DNA from: Heterodontus francisci
Lineage: Eukaryota
Assembly: GCF_036365525.1 (NCBI RefSeq)
Contig: NC_090371.1
Location: 117,752,388-117,816,387 of the forward strand
Reading direction: 5' to 3'
DNA: 64,000 nt
Each line of letters starts with the position of its first letter. Positions within the stretch are counted from its first letter, which is position 1. This document shows positions 1 to 13,130 of the stretch, piece after piece. The notes beneath the pieces were generated by a model. It made no database searches. It had not been told where the DNA came from and was given only the letters and a program-made list of their open reading frames with translations. The position numbers and the translations under genes were made by a program.

Positions 1-204
1 TTTAGATATATAATTTTTAAAAGCAGCCACAACATGTACCTCTGTGGAATATCCACCACCACACCTTTAAAGAAATTTATCCCAATCTATTATAACTGTC
101 CTTCAACTATCTCTCTATTCCAATGTTTCCTAGAATCATTATCTTTGTCATAAGTTTCATGTGAGCTTTTTGAACTACTTTTAAAGTTGATATAAACCAC
201 ATAC

Positions 205-2232
205 ACTAAATGCATTGGTCTTCACTATTGAGGATACAAGTAGCATCCCAGTATTAGCTGTAAGTCAGGAAATGGAAGGGAGGGAGGAACTCAAGAAAAT
301 TACAATCACCAGGGAAGTGGTACTGAACAAATTGTTGGAGCTGTGGGCTGACAAGTCCCCGGGTCCTGATGGACTTCATCCTTGTGTGTTAAAAGAAGTG
401 GTTAGTGAGATAGTTGATGCATTGGTTTTAATTTTCCAAAATTCCCTAGATTCGGGGAAGGTTTCTTTAGATTGGAAAATAGTGAATATAACTCCTTTAT
501 TCAAAAAGGGAGGGAGACAGAAAGCAGGAAACTACAGGCCAGTTAGCTTAATATCTGTCTTAGGGAAAATGTTAGAAGCTATTATTGAAGATGTTATAGC
601 AGGGCACTTAGAAAAATTGAAGGTAATCAGGCAGAGTCAACATGGTTTTGTGAAAAAGAAATCATGTTTAACCAATTTATTGGAGTTCTTTGAGGGAGTT
701 ACATGTGCTGTGGATGAAGGGGAACCGGTGGATGTATTGTACTTAGATTTCCAGAAGGCATTTGATAAGGTGCCACATCAAAGGTTATTGCACAAAATAA
801 AAGCTGATGGCATAGTGGGTAACATATTGGCATGGATAGAAGATTTGTTAACTAACAGGAAACAGAAAGTAGGCATAAATGGGTCATTTTCTGGTTGGCA
901 AGATGTAACGAGTGTGTGCCACAGGAATCTGTACTGGGGCCTCAACTTTTTACAATTTATATAAATAACTTAGAAGAAGGGACCAAAGGTATGGTTGCTA
1001 AATTTGCTGATGACACAAAGATAGGTAGGAAAGTAAGTTGTGCAGAGGACATAAGGAGGTTACAAAGGGATATAGATAGGTTAAGTGAGTGGGCAAAGAC
1101 TTGGCAAATGGAGTTTAATGCGGGAAAGTGTGAAATTGTCCACTTTGGCAGGAAGAATAAAAAGAAGCATATTATCTAAATGGTGAGAGATTGCAGAGCT
1201 CTGAGATGCAAAGGGATCTGGGTGTCCTTGTGCATGAATCGTAAAAGGTCAGTATGCAGGTACAGCACGTAATTAGGAAAGCTAATAAAATGTTATCGTT
1301 TATCGTGAGGGGAATTGAATAGAAAAGGTTATGCTTCAGTTATACAGGGCACTGGTGAGACCACATCTGGAGTACTATGTACAGTACTGGTCTCCTTATT
1401 TAAGGAAGGATGTAAATGCATTGGAGGCAGTACAGAGAAGGTTTACTAGACTAATAGAATGTTATTGTTTATCGTGAGGGGAATTGAACACAAAAGGTTA
1501 TGCTTCAGCTAGACAAGGCATTGTATAAAGGGATCAAAGGGTATGGGGTGAAAGCAGGAACAGGTTACTGAGTTGGATGATCAGCCATGATCATAATGAA
1601 TGGCGGAGGAGGCTTGAAGGGCTGAACGGCCTACTCCTCCTATTTTTCTATGTTCTATGTTTCTATGTGAGACCATATCTGGAGTACTGTGTGCAGTACT
1701 GGTCTCCTTATTTAAGGAAGGATGTAAATGCATTGGAGGCATTACAGAGAAGGTTTACTAGACTAATACCTGGAATGGGTGAGCTGTCTTATGAGGAAAG
1801 ATTAGACAGGCTAGGCATGTATCTGCTGGAATTTAGAAGAGTAAGAGGCAACTTGATTGAAACATATAAGATCCTGAGGGGTCTCGACAGCGTGAATGTG
1901 GAAAGGATGTTTCTCCTTGTGGGAGAATTTCGAACTAGGGCGTCACTGTTTAAAAATAAGGGGTCGCCCATTTAAAACAGAGATGAGGAGAATTTTTTTC
2001 TCAGAAGGTCATGAGTCTTTGGAATTGTCTTCCTCAAAAGGCAGTGGAAGCGGAGTCTTTGAATATTTTTAAGCCAGAGGTAGATAGATTCTTTATAAGC
2101 AAGGGGGTGAAAGGTTATCAGGGGTAGGTGGAAATGTGGAGTAATCAGTTCAACCATGAACTTATTGAATGGCGGAGCAGGCTCGAGGGATTGAGTGACC
2201 TACTCCTGCTCCTAATTCATATGTTTGTATGT
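205..2232 (+). mobile_element. 5'-truncated, decayed CR1 LINE (ORF2 reverse transcriptase and 3' end)
   Basis: ORFs 215-964, 895-1179 and 1577-1975 carry CR1 RT motifs (KSPGPDG, GNYRPVSL, QHGF, YLDFQKAFDKVPH, KFADDTK, LEYCVQYWSP). A CR1-type 3'UTR ends in a TATGTT-like tail. Frameshifts are present. Confidence 0.93.
1523..1667 (+). mobile_element. Short CR1 3'-end insertion nested in the CR1 above
   Basis: CR1 3'UTR (gatcagccatgatcataatgaatggcgg...gctgaacggcctactcct) with a ctatgtt-repeat tail interrupts the RT C-terminal coding sequence. Confidence 0.75.
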
Positions 2233-2321
2233 CCTTTACGTATTCTCTCTGTTATTTCTTTTCAGATTTTGATAAAGTTGATCAAGCATTGGCTGTATTT
2301 GAGAAAGCTGTGTGAACTGAG

Positions 2322-2790
2322 GTGTCAACTATGGCTCAGTGGTAGCATTTTTGCTTCTGTGTCAGAAGGTACTGGATTCAACTCCCACGCCAGAGACTTC
2401 AGCACGAAAGTCTAGGCTAACACTCCAGTACAGTACTGAGGAAGTGCTGCTCTGTTTGAGGTGCCTTTTGTCGGATAAGGCATTAAACCAAGGCCCCATC
2501 TGGCCTCTCAGGTAGATGTAAAAGATCACATGGCACGTTTCCTAAGCAGTGCAGTGCAGTTGTCCCCAGTGTCCTGGCCAATATTTATCCCTCAACCAAC
2601 ATTACTACAAGAGATCTTCTGGTCATTATCAGATTGCTGTTTATGGGATCTTGTTGCCTACATTTTTGGCAGCCACGTTTTCTACGTTACAACAGTGACT
2701 ACACTTCAAAAGTATTTCATTGACTGTGTAAAGCACTTTCAGGCATCCTGAGGTCATAAATGGTGCTACATAAAAGCAACTTTTTTATTT
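2322..2790 (+). mobile_element. tRNA-derived SINE (Deu-domain/SacSINE1-like) with L2-type tail
   Basis: A/B-box-like head (tggctcagtggtagc...ggattcaactccc), central ttaaaccaaggcccc...gatgtaaaagatc domain, and tail ggtgctacataaaagcaac. Related copies lie at 20870-22720 and 28145-28558. Confidence 0.75.
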
Positions 2791-3139
2791 TTATTACCAC
2801 AAGAATTATGATTATTTTGAATATTTTGCTCTCTATAATTAAAGACTCTTTTTCATTGAAGAAAATGACTTTGTTATTTATCTTTATTGTCATCTTGCTT
2901 TTGATAATTCTTCTAAATTTCTTTGGGGGTTCCCCCTTTGTTCTGTCATATGTTTGGAGGGAGAGCAGTGGATTCACGGGAGAAGTGGTGTGAAAACATA
3001 CACTTCATTTCTCTAGGGATTTCGCCAATCTTCCACTGAAGTTATGGGGGTGTTCAGCACAACCTCTGGAGTTTGGGGCCATAATCAGTAGCACTGCAAG
3101 TGTACTGTCAATAATTAAATAACAACTTTAAAAAATGTC

Positions 3140-3695
3140 TGATCAGCTGGAGTACTGCGTCCAATTCTGGGTGCCACACTTGAGGAACAATGTGAGGGTA
3201 TTGGAGAGAGTACAGAAAAGATTCACGAGAATGGTTCCAGGGATGAGGAATTTCAGTTATGAAGATAGAGTGGAGAAGTTAGGACTGTTTTCCTTGGAGA
3301 AGAGAAGGCTGAGAGGTGATCTGAAAGAGGTATTCAAAATCATGAGGGGTCTGAACAGAGTAGATAGAGAGAAACTGTTCCCAATCCTGAAAGGATCAAA
3401 AACGAGAGGGCACAGATTTAAAGTATTTGGTAAGAGAAGCAAAAGTGACATGAGGAAAAACTTTTTCATGCAGTGAGTGGTTGAGGTCTGGAATGTTCTG
3501 CCTGAGAATGTGGTGGAGGCAGGTTCAACTGAAGCATTCAAAAGGGAATTAGTTATATGAAAAGGAAGAATGTGCAGGATTACAGTGAGAAGGCAGGGGA
3601 ATGGAACTGAGGGAGTTGCTGTTTCAGAGAGCCAGTGCAGACACGATGGGCCGATTGGCCTCCTTCTGCACTGTAACAATTCTGTGATTCTGTGA
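3140..3695 (+). mobile_element. CR1 LINE 3' end
   Basis: ORF 3135-3476 (LEYCVQFW...LFSLEKRRLRGDL...TRGH), followed by a 3'UTR and an (attctgtg)n tail. Confidence 0.92.
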
Positions 3696-5539
3696 AGTTC
3701 TCCTGTTATGCCCGAAGGATTGGCTGAGTAAACACTGATCGTTCATCTATACCCAAATGCAGTGTACAGTATGATGAGAAGTGCAGTATAGCTACTTTAG
3801 CCTAACTTGGAATGAACCAATACTGACTGGATTAAGTAATTGATTCCTTAGATTTAAAACAAGTTTTTAAAAAATGTACATTTTGAATAGTTTTCTTAAA
3901 AAACTCAGTTCTTTTAATGTCCAGCTATGTGGAAATCTCTAAGTAGCTGAAATGAGAACAGTGCTTGGAAAAGTCTTGAAATCACAAGTGATTGTATAAA
4001 TACTCATGACCTTTTTAAATAATCCTTCACACTCTACTTTCATGTTTCTGTCCTAATTTTCTCCAATTGCTTCAACTTAATTTAGTTTCTTTACTGTTTG
4101 TGTCCTTTTCTACTTGTTTGACAAATCTGTTCAATGTCATAGACTATTTAATGTGATAAATCTGATTGACAAATTAGCTGGAATAACAAAAAAAAGAGTC
4201 CAGCCTGCCAGATTAAGATAGGCTTGATGCAGACGCTCTTATCTTCCAAGAAAAATCACATTTCATACCTGTAAGAATAAGAGAGTAAAAATTCCAGGGC
4301 TTTTGGATATGAAAATTCAGCACAGTGGGTGTAACAGCGCAGGTATTTCGGTCAGAACACATTTCTGCCAGGTTACTATCTTTCTATGACACTGATGACA
4401 AACTCCATTGAGGGTAGGTGTTCTTCTGTGTGTCATGTCAGTGCTGGGAGTGGGGGCTGCCAGCACTCTAGGCTTCCCTGGAAATTCCACCAGTTTTGCC
4501 TCTTACACAGCCTGTTTGAAACAGTCATTCTTACCATTCGTGTCTCTAAGTTGGCCCCACAACTTACTCTCCAAATGGTAATCGCTGGTGTTCAGCAGAA
4601 TAGTGAGGGAGAAGCATAGAGGAAGATCGGTAACGTTTTAACCTTCAGCCAAAGTTACCTGTGTGCCAACCTTCCCCGCCATTTGAAAATCTGAGTCCAT
4701 GGACAAGGTGCCATGACAGCACCAGTACTAGTGTGAGCATCTGGCTCTATGATCTCAATGATCATGCAGTGATGAGGCAGAGAAAACAGACTTTTGAGGC
4801 GGGGATGGTTGGATATGAACATGCCAGCCAAAGAACACAAATTCAACAGGTTTATCTTTCAAATAGGAATTACACAATAACGTTCAGAGAGAAACATTAC
4901 TTTCATTATTTTAACAATTCAAACAAAGCAAATGGAAAGAGGAAGAGTCTTGTCAGATAAAACCTCTAAAGCACAAAAACCAGGTGCATGTAATGTGTTA
5001 TGTGTCTATCAATATCTTCACTGCTATTGACTGCAATATCTCAGTGAACATTTGGAATTGAAAGCCCAATTCATCGGTTTTCACTGATCTGATTGCAGAA
5101 CTGTCTAGTTCTGAAGAATATCCATTGTTTCTATATTCCATCAAATGGTTTAAGGCACATCTTTCGAAATAAGGAGTGATCCTTTTAAAAACAAATCAAA
5201 TTTTAAGGCTGCTTGAACACAATCAACTCGACCCACCCCTCCTTACCTGTGGCATTGTGACCCTGTTTCCTGAATGTGGTTTGGGGTCAAGGTGAGGGCA
5301 GATGGGCATGCAGAAGTCTGATCCTGCCACACTTCAGATGGCACAACTCCAGGAGGGCAACGTCAAAATTTTACATTTTAATGCACCGAATCCCAGCTCA
5401 GGTCAGTTGACCAAATTTACATTGTAAATGATAGATCGATAGATTTAAAAAAATAGAATAATTAATATATGGAGAATGTTAATGTAATCAGAAGACACAT
5501 GCTATGAACTAATTCGAAAGGCTAATTTTTTGTTTTGAT

Positions 5540-6610
5540 GCAGAGGCGATTTGTGACCTGCTCACGCCAGTTCCGTTGGAGGTGGACTGCACCCAAACTT
5601 GGTGCTCCCATCTCATTTACCTAATTGTAATGTAGGGCTGAGCGGGTTTCTTGTTACTGTTGGCCACTTTGCTCAGCAGGGGGCCATGCAGCATTGTGAT
5701 GAGAGCATGCAGTGCAGTCAGTACTCGCTTCTAAAAGGTAGTCTATCCCTCTTAAAGGGAAGCTGTATTGAACAATGTTGCTGGAATTTAAAACATGGAA
5801 AATGGAATACCAAGGCAGAGAGAGAATGTTCCAGGGTGATGGATGTGACACGAGAGGTGGTGGGCAGGAGGAGAACAGTCATGTTCCACGAGGGACCAGG
5901 AGGCCTTCAAGGACCATCCTCAGAGGGAATGGGAGCAGGTGGTCAGGGAAGTCAACTCCAGAAGCAGGATTGGGGTGAGTACAGAGGTGGGTGCCACGAA
6001 AACATGCACTGCCAGCTGGCTTGCTGGTTTACTGGCACCATCCCATCTCTGGGCCATTTTCCAGGAGGCGGGATCAGTGGCAGGTAACAAATTAAAGGGA
6101 GTTAATGACCTGTTAAGGCCCATTGTCAGAGGCTGACTGGAATTTTCCAGTTGGCTTGCACCCAGCGCCGCCACCACCGCCCCCCACCCCCACTGCCCCT
6201 CCAAGGTGTCAGGAACTGGGCCAGCAGCCTGGAGGTGACCTCCCAACAGCAGACTGGGGGTGGGGCCATCACTCCAGGCAGGCTTTGAGGCCCTGCCTGC
6301 CTGCCTGGCTACAGCTGCAGCTGCAGACCGAACATTGTGGTTTCCCCCTCCACAAGGGGCCTGGCTGCTGAGACAATTTTTAATTTAAAACATTTAAAAG
6401 CTGTAGCAAGGGCACCGCTCTCTCTCTTACCTGAACTATGGTCTGCTGCTCTTTCTGTGCTGGAGGGCCTCATTGGAGCACCACACAGGCCATGCCGTAA
6501 GTGGCTAGTGGCACAGAGTGCCCAAGCAAAAGGGTGCTAGGCCTCTGCAGTGCGACCTCCCACAGCGCTATGGAGATGGAATTCACTCCTCCAGCCCCCC
6601 CCCATCTATT
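5540..6610 (+). mobile_element. Non-autonomous PIF/Harbinger derivative with a Myb/SANT ORF remnant
   Basis: 5800-5970 translates, across frameshifts, to EVVGRRRTVMF..RRPSRTILR.EWEQVVREVNSRS, resembling the Myb-like ORFs at 10060 and 32440. The GC-rich MITE-type body follows. Ends are approximate. Confidence 0.5.
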
Positions 6611-7074
6611 AACTTATTTGTGTTTTACCATCTAGAGAACAGTATGGATGTTTACTATTACAGTCATTTCTTTGCCCTTTTGCAGCTGACCTTTGTTGGA
6701 ACAGTTAAACACTGGCAAAGGAAACTTGCCAGTTATTGACTTCATATGACACACGATTGTATTATTTCACAGAGTGCAAAATTACAGAGTAGATATCCCA
6801 ACTGGCTATGAACAAGAAATAAATGAAATGTAATTTTTATTTTAGCATTTTCTGTTTCTCTTGCAATTTCTTGAGCTGCATTAAAGTTATGCCCAGGAGT
6901 CTCAATAAGAATAGTGATGCTAACGATGCTCTAATAAACTGTTATAAGTGTATATAAACCTGCTACTTTACGAGCTATAAGAGATACTTTAGTTGGAACT
7001 GTTCATGAAATAGCTGAAACTGACAGAACGTAGGAACTATCTAAACTGGTAATACATAACACAGCAGAACACAA

Positions 7075-7888
7075 TGTTACGACCAGGTGAGAAAGGTGCC
7101 TAGGGGTCTTTTTCTGCCTTCACCTGGTCTTATTGTGATGGCATTTAATTTTTAAACACACTGTGTTTTGAGCTCCCCCTTGGTGAATCCTTGTTCACAG
7201 CTTTCCAATTATAAGGCAAAGAAATGAGCACACCAGGTTTTCTTAGGTTTATAGAAAAAAAGAAAAATGTATTAAACTTGCTTAAACTCTAATTTGGTTA
7301 ATGCCTACGATATACGACGTGCCCATGCTAGCCTGCACACGTGATACACACGTGCAAATAGGGACAGAAAAGAGCAGAAGAAAAATAAAGGAGAGCGATT
7401 TGAGGCAGTCTCTGAAGGGGTTTTCTTGTTACTGTTTCTGTGTTTCCAGCTCACCATAGAGTCTTTGATTGTAGACAGCTCTTACTTTTCATTGGGGCCC
7501 AGTATTCTTCTTAAACCTAGTTCACATAGGACACTTTTCTCTCTTTGAGTTTACCTGTCTTAGGTGGTTTCCGAAGCTGGTGAGAAAGAGATGACAGCAG
7601 ATGGGAGAGAGGTGTTCTCAGTCCAGAAGCAAACAGCTTTTGGAGTTTCTTTCTTTGAGCAAGTTCAAATTCAAACAGCCAGTTAGTCAGGTGACTAAAC
7701 TGGCCTGACCAGGTCTTCTGTGTATTGGAGAAGCAGGGACTAGGTTCTTTGTTCCAACACTGTCTGTCAGCATGCAAATGTCTTTACAGTCAGGGGCTTG
7801 GCAATTCCCAGCCACAATTTTAAGTTTTAATGTTAATGTGGTGAAATAATGTGTGCCTCATTCTTGGCAGGTGGGGGCCTGCATGAAA
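7075..7888. mobile_element. Probable solo LTR
   Basis: Starts TGTTACGACC and ends GCATGAAA (degenerate ..CA). Flanks acaa/acag could be an imperfect 4-bp TSD. No coding capacity. Confidence 0.45.
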
Positions 7889-9521
7889 ACAGTGAAAAGT
7901 AACTTTGATCAAATTACTTTGTGATGTACTGTGTAAGCACCATTATATACTGCTCATTGGATGCACATGATGATATTACCTGCAGGATATTCAGTTAGTT
8001 TTCTGACGGGCAATAAATTACCAGTCCTTTGAATCGTTTGAAAAATCACATGGAAGACCAATTATCATGTATCTGTAGAAGACTTAAAGTGTTCATGAAT
8101 CACACACTAGCTCTGCCATTTTTTAAAGAAATACACTAATGAATGAGAAATGTAGGGTATGATTATTAAGCGTTTAAAGTTTGTTAACTCAATAGAAAGG
8201 AATGACAGAAACTTCATAAGGATATTGATTGGTTGTCTTCAGCAATGAGACAGATAGTTCTTCAATCTGGTGCTTGCAAGGAACACATCTTGGGGAATCA
8301 GGGACATGAAGAATTAATGAATGGAAAATCACAGGATGGGAGCCTGCAATATGCTCCCTGCAAGCACCACTCCATTCTGGGAATGCCAAATCATGATTCC
8401 TTAGAGATTGTATCTTTCTGAAATGTCTATCTTGTGTTGAAAAAACAAAAATAACATGGACATCCCGATCCCCTGGGCTCAGTTCATATTCTGGCTTCAC
8501 CTTTTTTTGATTGGTTTGATTAAACAGAACAACAAATCAGAACTCCCTAACCATGGCTAGTAGAGATCAGCAATAAATGCCAGGCTTGCCAGCAATGTCC
8601 ACTTTCCAAGAATGAAAAAAAGCTGAACCAACCAAATCACTCAAAATGCTTGTTTCAAACCCATTGTTCCTTTCAACCAATTGACTGCTACATTACATAA
8701 ATAACATATTGTAAAGATTTAAAAACAGATTATTTGCAACAAATATTTCAGTTTACAAGTTTCTTTTCCTCTGGGCCTCACCCTCTTCCCTACAACTCTC
8801 GTTTTCTTGGTATCACCCTTTTAGTTACTTTCTGACTCCATTCTCTCATGCAATTATCCATTGATGTCAAGTGTAATCTTCTAGTGAAATATGATTAGAG
8901 GACAAGGGAATAATTGGACCAGGATGCCCAGATATAACTCACGCCATATTTTAAAATTATACATTTTGTTCTCTACTTTTATATAATGTCTTGATGCATA
9001 GTTAAAAATAGAAAAACTTCCAGTAGTTTGGGAAGCAGAGAAACAGAATTAGCTGGAGCATAGGAGCTTCTATGTAACACAAGATGAGGAGCTGGGAGTT
9101 TCAAAATGATGATACTATAGTACTACTGCTGGCCGGATGGTATAATTACAGTGTGACACATTTACATAGGTACTTTTCATTATAAATTTGGACGTAGGAT
9201 TTGGAATGGAATTATGTGCAGATGCATTGCCCATTGTTATTGCACTGAGAAGGTGGTGCTGGGTCGTCTTCATTCTAGCAGTTTGATGCAACTGAGTGGC
9301 TTGCTAGGTCATTTCAGAGGGCAGTAAAATATGTGCATTGCACATAGAAGTGCAAATCAAATGTTGTCTTCCGATAAACTGGAGTTAGAGGGTGGAAGAT
9401 AATAGGATCAGGACATAATATCCAATTTGAAGTCATAAATTCTGTTTTTTTTTTTAATTTGATGTTTTATTATTTAAAATGAAATAGCAAGATTTACAAT
9501 GAGTTGAGAAGCAGGGATATA

Positions 9522-9606
9522 ATATAAAAGCAGAAAATGCTGGAAATACTCAGCAGGTCTGGCAGCATCTGTGGAGAGAGAAATAGAGTTAACATTTCAG
9601 ATTTGT
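9522..9606. mobile_element. Penelope-like retroelement terminal fragment
   Basis: gaaaatgctggaaatactcagcaggtctggcagcatctgtggagagagaaatagagttaac is shared with 38338-38478. Flanked by a 12-bp TSD AGCAGGGATATA (9510-9521 / 9607-9618). Confidence 0.65.
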
Positions 9607-9729
9607 AGCAGGGATATATAGTTGGCTGAAGTATAGGATACAGGCTAAGTAGCTGGGTGACACACTGAGACACTATATTGCCAGCACTGGAAGGAAGTTG
9701 TAATTACAATGACACAAGTTTACATATAC

Positions 9730-12380
9730 AGGGAGGGATTTCAATTCCAGGTTGGGACCCTGACTTTGTGTTTCTTTCCGGGTCCTGACCCTCCATTGCA
9801 TTGGCAATGTACACACATTGCTATTTTAATTGAAAATGAACTTAATTGGCCAGGCTCGTTGTCCAATTAGCGGTAGCAGGTTCGGGAATGAGGTGGCACA
9901 TAGGTGAGAAAGCAACGGGCCCGATTTAAAAGGCGAGCAACAGCCATTGATGGAAAGAGCAGCTGAGCAGGGCAGTGGGTAGGGATGCCCCCCCCCCTCA
10001 CCACCGCCCACCGTACAAGGGTACAAGGGTCCCCGTATAAAGGTACAAAAGTATAACCCTGTTATACTGATGCCTCACTTGAGGTGCTGTTGGAGGTGGT
10101 GACAGCATGGAGACATATCCTCTTCCCTGCCAGCTTCATGAGAAGGGGCAGCACAGTGGCGCAGTGGTTAGCACTGCAGCCTCACAGCTCCAGTGACCTG
10201 GGTTCAGTTCTGGGTACTGCCTGTGCGGAGTTTGCAAGTTCTCCCTGTGACCACGTGGATTTCCACCAGGCGCTCCGGTTTCCTCCCACAAGCCAAAGAC
10301 TTGTGGGTTGATAGGTAAATTGACCATTGTAAATTGCTCCTCGTGTAAGTAGATGGTAGGAGAATGGTGGGGATGTAGTAGGGAATATGGGATTAATGTA
10401 GGATTAATATATAAATGGGTGGTTGTTAGTCGGCACAGACTCAGTGGGCTGAAGGGCCTGTTTCAGTGCTGTATCTCTAAATAAAAATAAATAAATAAGC
10501 CCTGCAAGACTGACCAAGAAAGTATGGCTGGAGGTGGTTCATAAGGTCAACAGCAGAGGAGTGCCGAGGAGGAACTGGGTCCAGTGCAGGAAATGTTTCA
10601 GTGACCTGCTTAGGTCTGGCAAGGTGAATCCAAAGATAGACCCAGATGGTTTGCCTCAAGGTCAGCAGCCACCAGAATGCAAAAGAGAGGGGCATCCTGA
10701 CAGTGCATAGAGTTCTCCTGACCATAGGAGAGATGTGTGCACTGCAGCACTGATGACCCATAAGAATAGTTCATAACTTGAGCGCTATTGGACAGTAGGC
10801 TGCAGTGAATAAAAAGTTGTAATTGGTGAGGGAGAGAGGCATTGTCCTAACAGCATCTTCATTTTGCAGGCCAAGCGGGAGAACAGTGCCAGGGAGAGAG
10901 AGAGAGCATGCTTGGACAGTGGGGTTCCCCAAATCACGTCACTGACATATTTTGAGGAGCTGGCCCTTGACCTGGCCAGAATGGCAAGCCATTGGAAGAT
11001 GTTGGAGATGGAGAAACGGGAGTCCAACATAGACAGGGTGAAAAGATCTCAACATCTCCAGGTTCAGGGGATGGATGGCAATTCTCCCAGTGTAATGAGC
11101 TGTCAATGCATAAGCTGCCATCTCATTATTTTAAGCAGCAGAAGTATCTGTTGATTGTGCCGATTTCTCATGACTACCTCTTCTTATGGCTCCCACAGGG
11201 CCAGCTGCAGAACAGAGGAGTTGACACACGCTGCTAACAGGTTCCAGAGGAGTCAGAGGAGGAAGACACCTCGGAGCCTGCACTGCCACATCTTTCTTGC
11301 ACACACTCCACCAGTGCAGACACTCATACCTCAGTAGGTCCTCGCATAGCACTAGAAGCAGTGGCACAAGGTGAAGTCCACATCACTTCAGAGCAGGAGG
11401 ATTTGGGGGAGGTAGAGTCAGCTGCAGAGTACATCAGCACTCCTTGGAGGATGAAGGACAGCTGCAGCCCTGCTCAGCAAGGTAGAGATGCAGAGTCTAG
11501 GGAGTCATGAAACAGATAGCTGTACCTGGAGAATCAGCATAAGATATTTTCCCACATGTCGGAGTTACCGGAGGCTCATCGGAGTCATGAGAATGGATGA
11601 GTCCATTCATCTCATGTGCTCCACAATGACTTAGTGCTTTGAACGTGTGAGCTCCTCCATAGAGAGAGTGGCAAATCTCATGGAGAGCCATATGCGGCAT
11701 CACTGAGAGTGAATGCAGGAGCAACACATTGACATGCACAAAATGAATGCTGCAGTCAGTAGCATTGACTAGTCAGTGGCACAAATGTTGCAAAGAAGCA
11801 TGGAGTGGATGCTGGCTGTGCCCCATCTGGTGATTCCCTCTACCTATCAAGGGCACTGTGAAAGGGCTGAGGAGGCAACAGATGGCGATGAGGGGCCACC
11901 CCTCATGGGGCTCCATCATCATCTGTCTCCATTGCCCCTCCAATGGACGAAGCAAATGTAGAGTTATTCCCTGTGACAGAAGCTGCCCCTGCAGTGATGC
12001 CAGCACAGCAGCCTTTGGAGGTGTGACCACCCACCCGCTGGCACCTCCATGAGGATGCTGATACTCAAGGATCTCAGTCCCAGACAAGCACTAGTGAGCA
12101 CTCTGCCTCCACCTCATCCACAGCCACAAGGGGAGAAACTCATGGGAGTGGCCGTGAGCAGAGGCCACCATGTCACTTTGTGGGTCACTTGGGTGTTTCT
12201 GTTGTAAATGATATTAAACCGTGAGGTGATAAAGTGCTGGGCATGTTGTTGCACTAAAGCAGACTTGTAAGTGTCCATTTCATCATGGTGAAAGGCAATG
12301 GACTGACTGCCTCCATTCCTGCCCTTGCATTTAAATCGAAATCCATCCACTGTTTCCATTGTGACTATGGACATGGAAAT
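9730..12380 (+). mobile_element. Decayed Harbinger element carrying an intron-containing Myb/SANT (NAIF1-like) gene
   Basis: Translation DASLEVLLEVVTAWRHILFP..[SINE]..LTKKVWLEVVHKVNSRGVPRRNWVQCRKCFSDLLRSGK, donor gt at 10624, acceptor tttgcag at 10869, then AKRENSARERER..GVPQITSLTYFEELALDLA, then acceptor tcccacag at 11198. Element ends are approximate. Confidence 0.7.
10146..10498 (+). mobile_element. HE1-type V-SINE
   Basis: tRNA-like head (gtggcgcagtggttagcac...ggttcagttc), V-domain (gagtttgcaagttctccc...ctccggtttcctcccaca), CR1-like tail gaagggcctgtttcagtgctgtatctc, and (taaa)n. Confidence 0.88.
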
Positions 12381-12434
12381 TTATAATGTAACAGGTTTAC
12401 AGAGGAAGTGTGCACCGATGTAACCATCCTGTAG

Positions 12435-13130
12435 GGGTACAAACACAAATCTTTGAAGATGGCAGAGCAGGTTGTGAAGGCTGCTAAAAAAGCATATGGG
12501 ATCCTTGGCTTTATAAACAGAGGCATAAAGTGCAAAAGCAAGAGAATTGTGCTAAACCTTTATAAATCACTGGTTAGGCCTCAGAAAGAGGATTGTGTTC
12601 AGTTCTGGGCACCAGACTTTAGGAAGGATGACTATTCCTTAAAGAGGGTGCAGAGTAGATTTACTAGAATATTATCAGGGATCCGGGACTTCAGTTATGT
12701 GGAGTGACTAGGGAAGCTGGGGTTGTTCTCCTTAGAGTAGCAAAGGTTAAGGGGAAAATTTAATAGAGGTTATTAAATTCATAAAGGGATTTGATAGATT
12801 AAATAAGGAGAAACTGTTTCCAATGGCAGCAGGATTGCTAACCAGAGGACTCCGATTTAATAAAATAGGTCAGAACACTAGAAGCAACATGATTTTTTAA
12901 TGCTGTGAGTTGCTACGATCTGGAATGCACTGCCTTAAAGGGTAATGGAAGCAAATTCAATAGTAACTTTCAAAAAGGAATTGGATACATGCTTGGAGGA
13001 TAAAATTGGCAGAGCTATGGGGAAAGGACAGGGGAGTGGAACTAATTGGATAGTTCTTTCAAAGTGCTGGCATAGCCACGATGGGCTGAATGGCCTCCTT
13101 CTGTGCTGTATCATTCTATGATTTTATGAT
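12435..13130 (+). mobile_element. CR1 LINE 3' end
   Basis: ORF 12453-12707 (KKAYGILGFINRGI..LYKSLVRP..CVQFWAP), then 3'UTR gggctgaatggcctccttctgtgctg and an attctatg tail. Confidence 0.88.
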
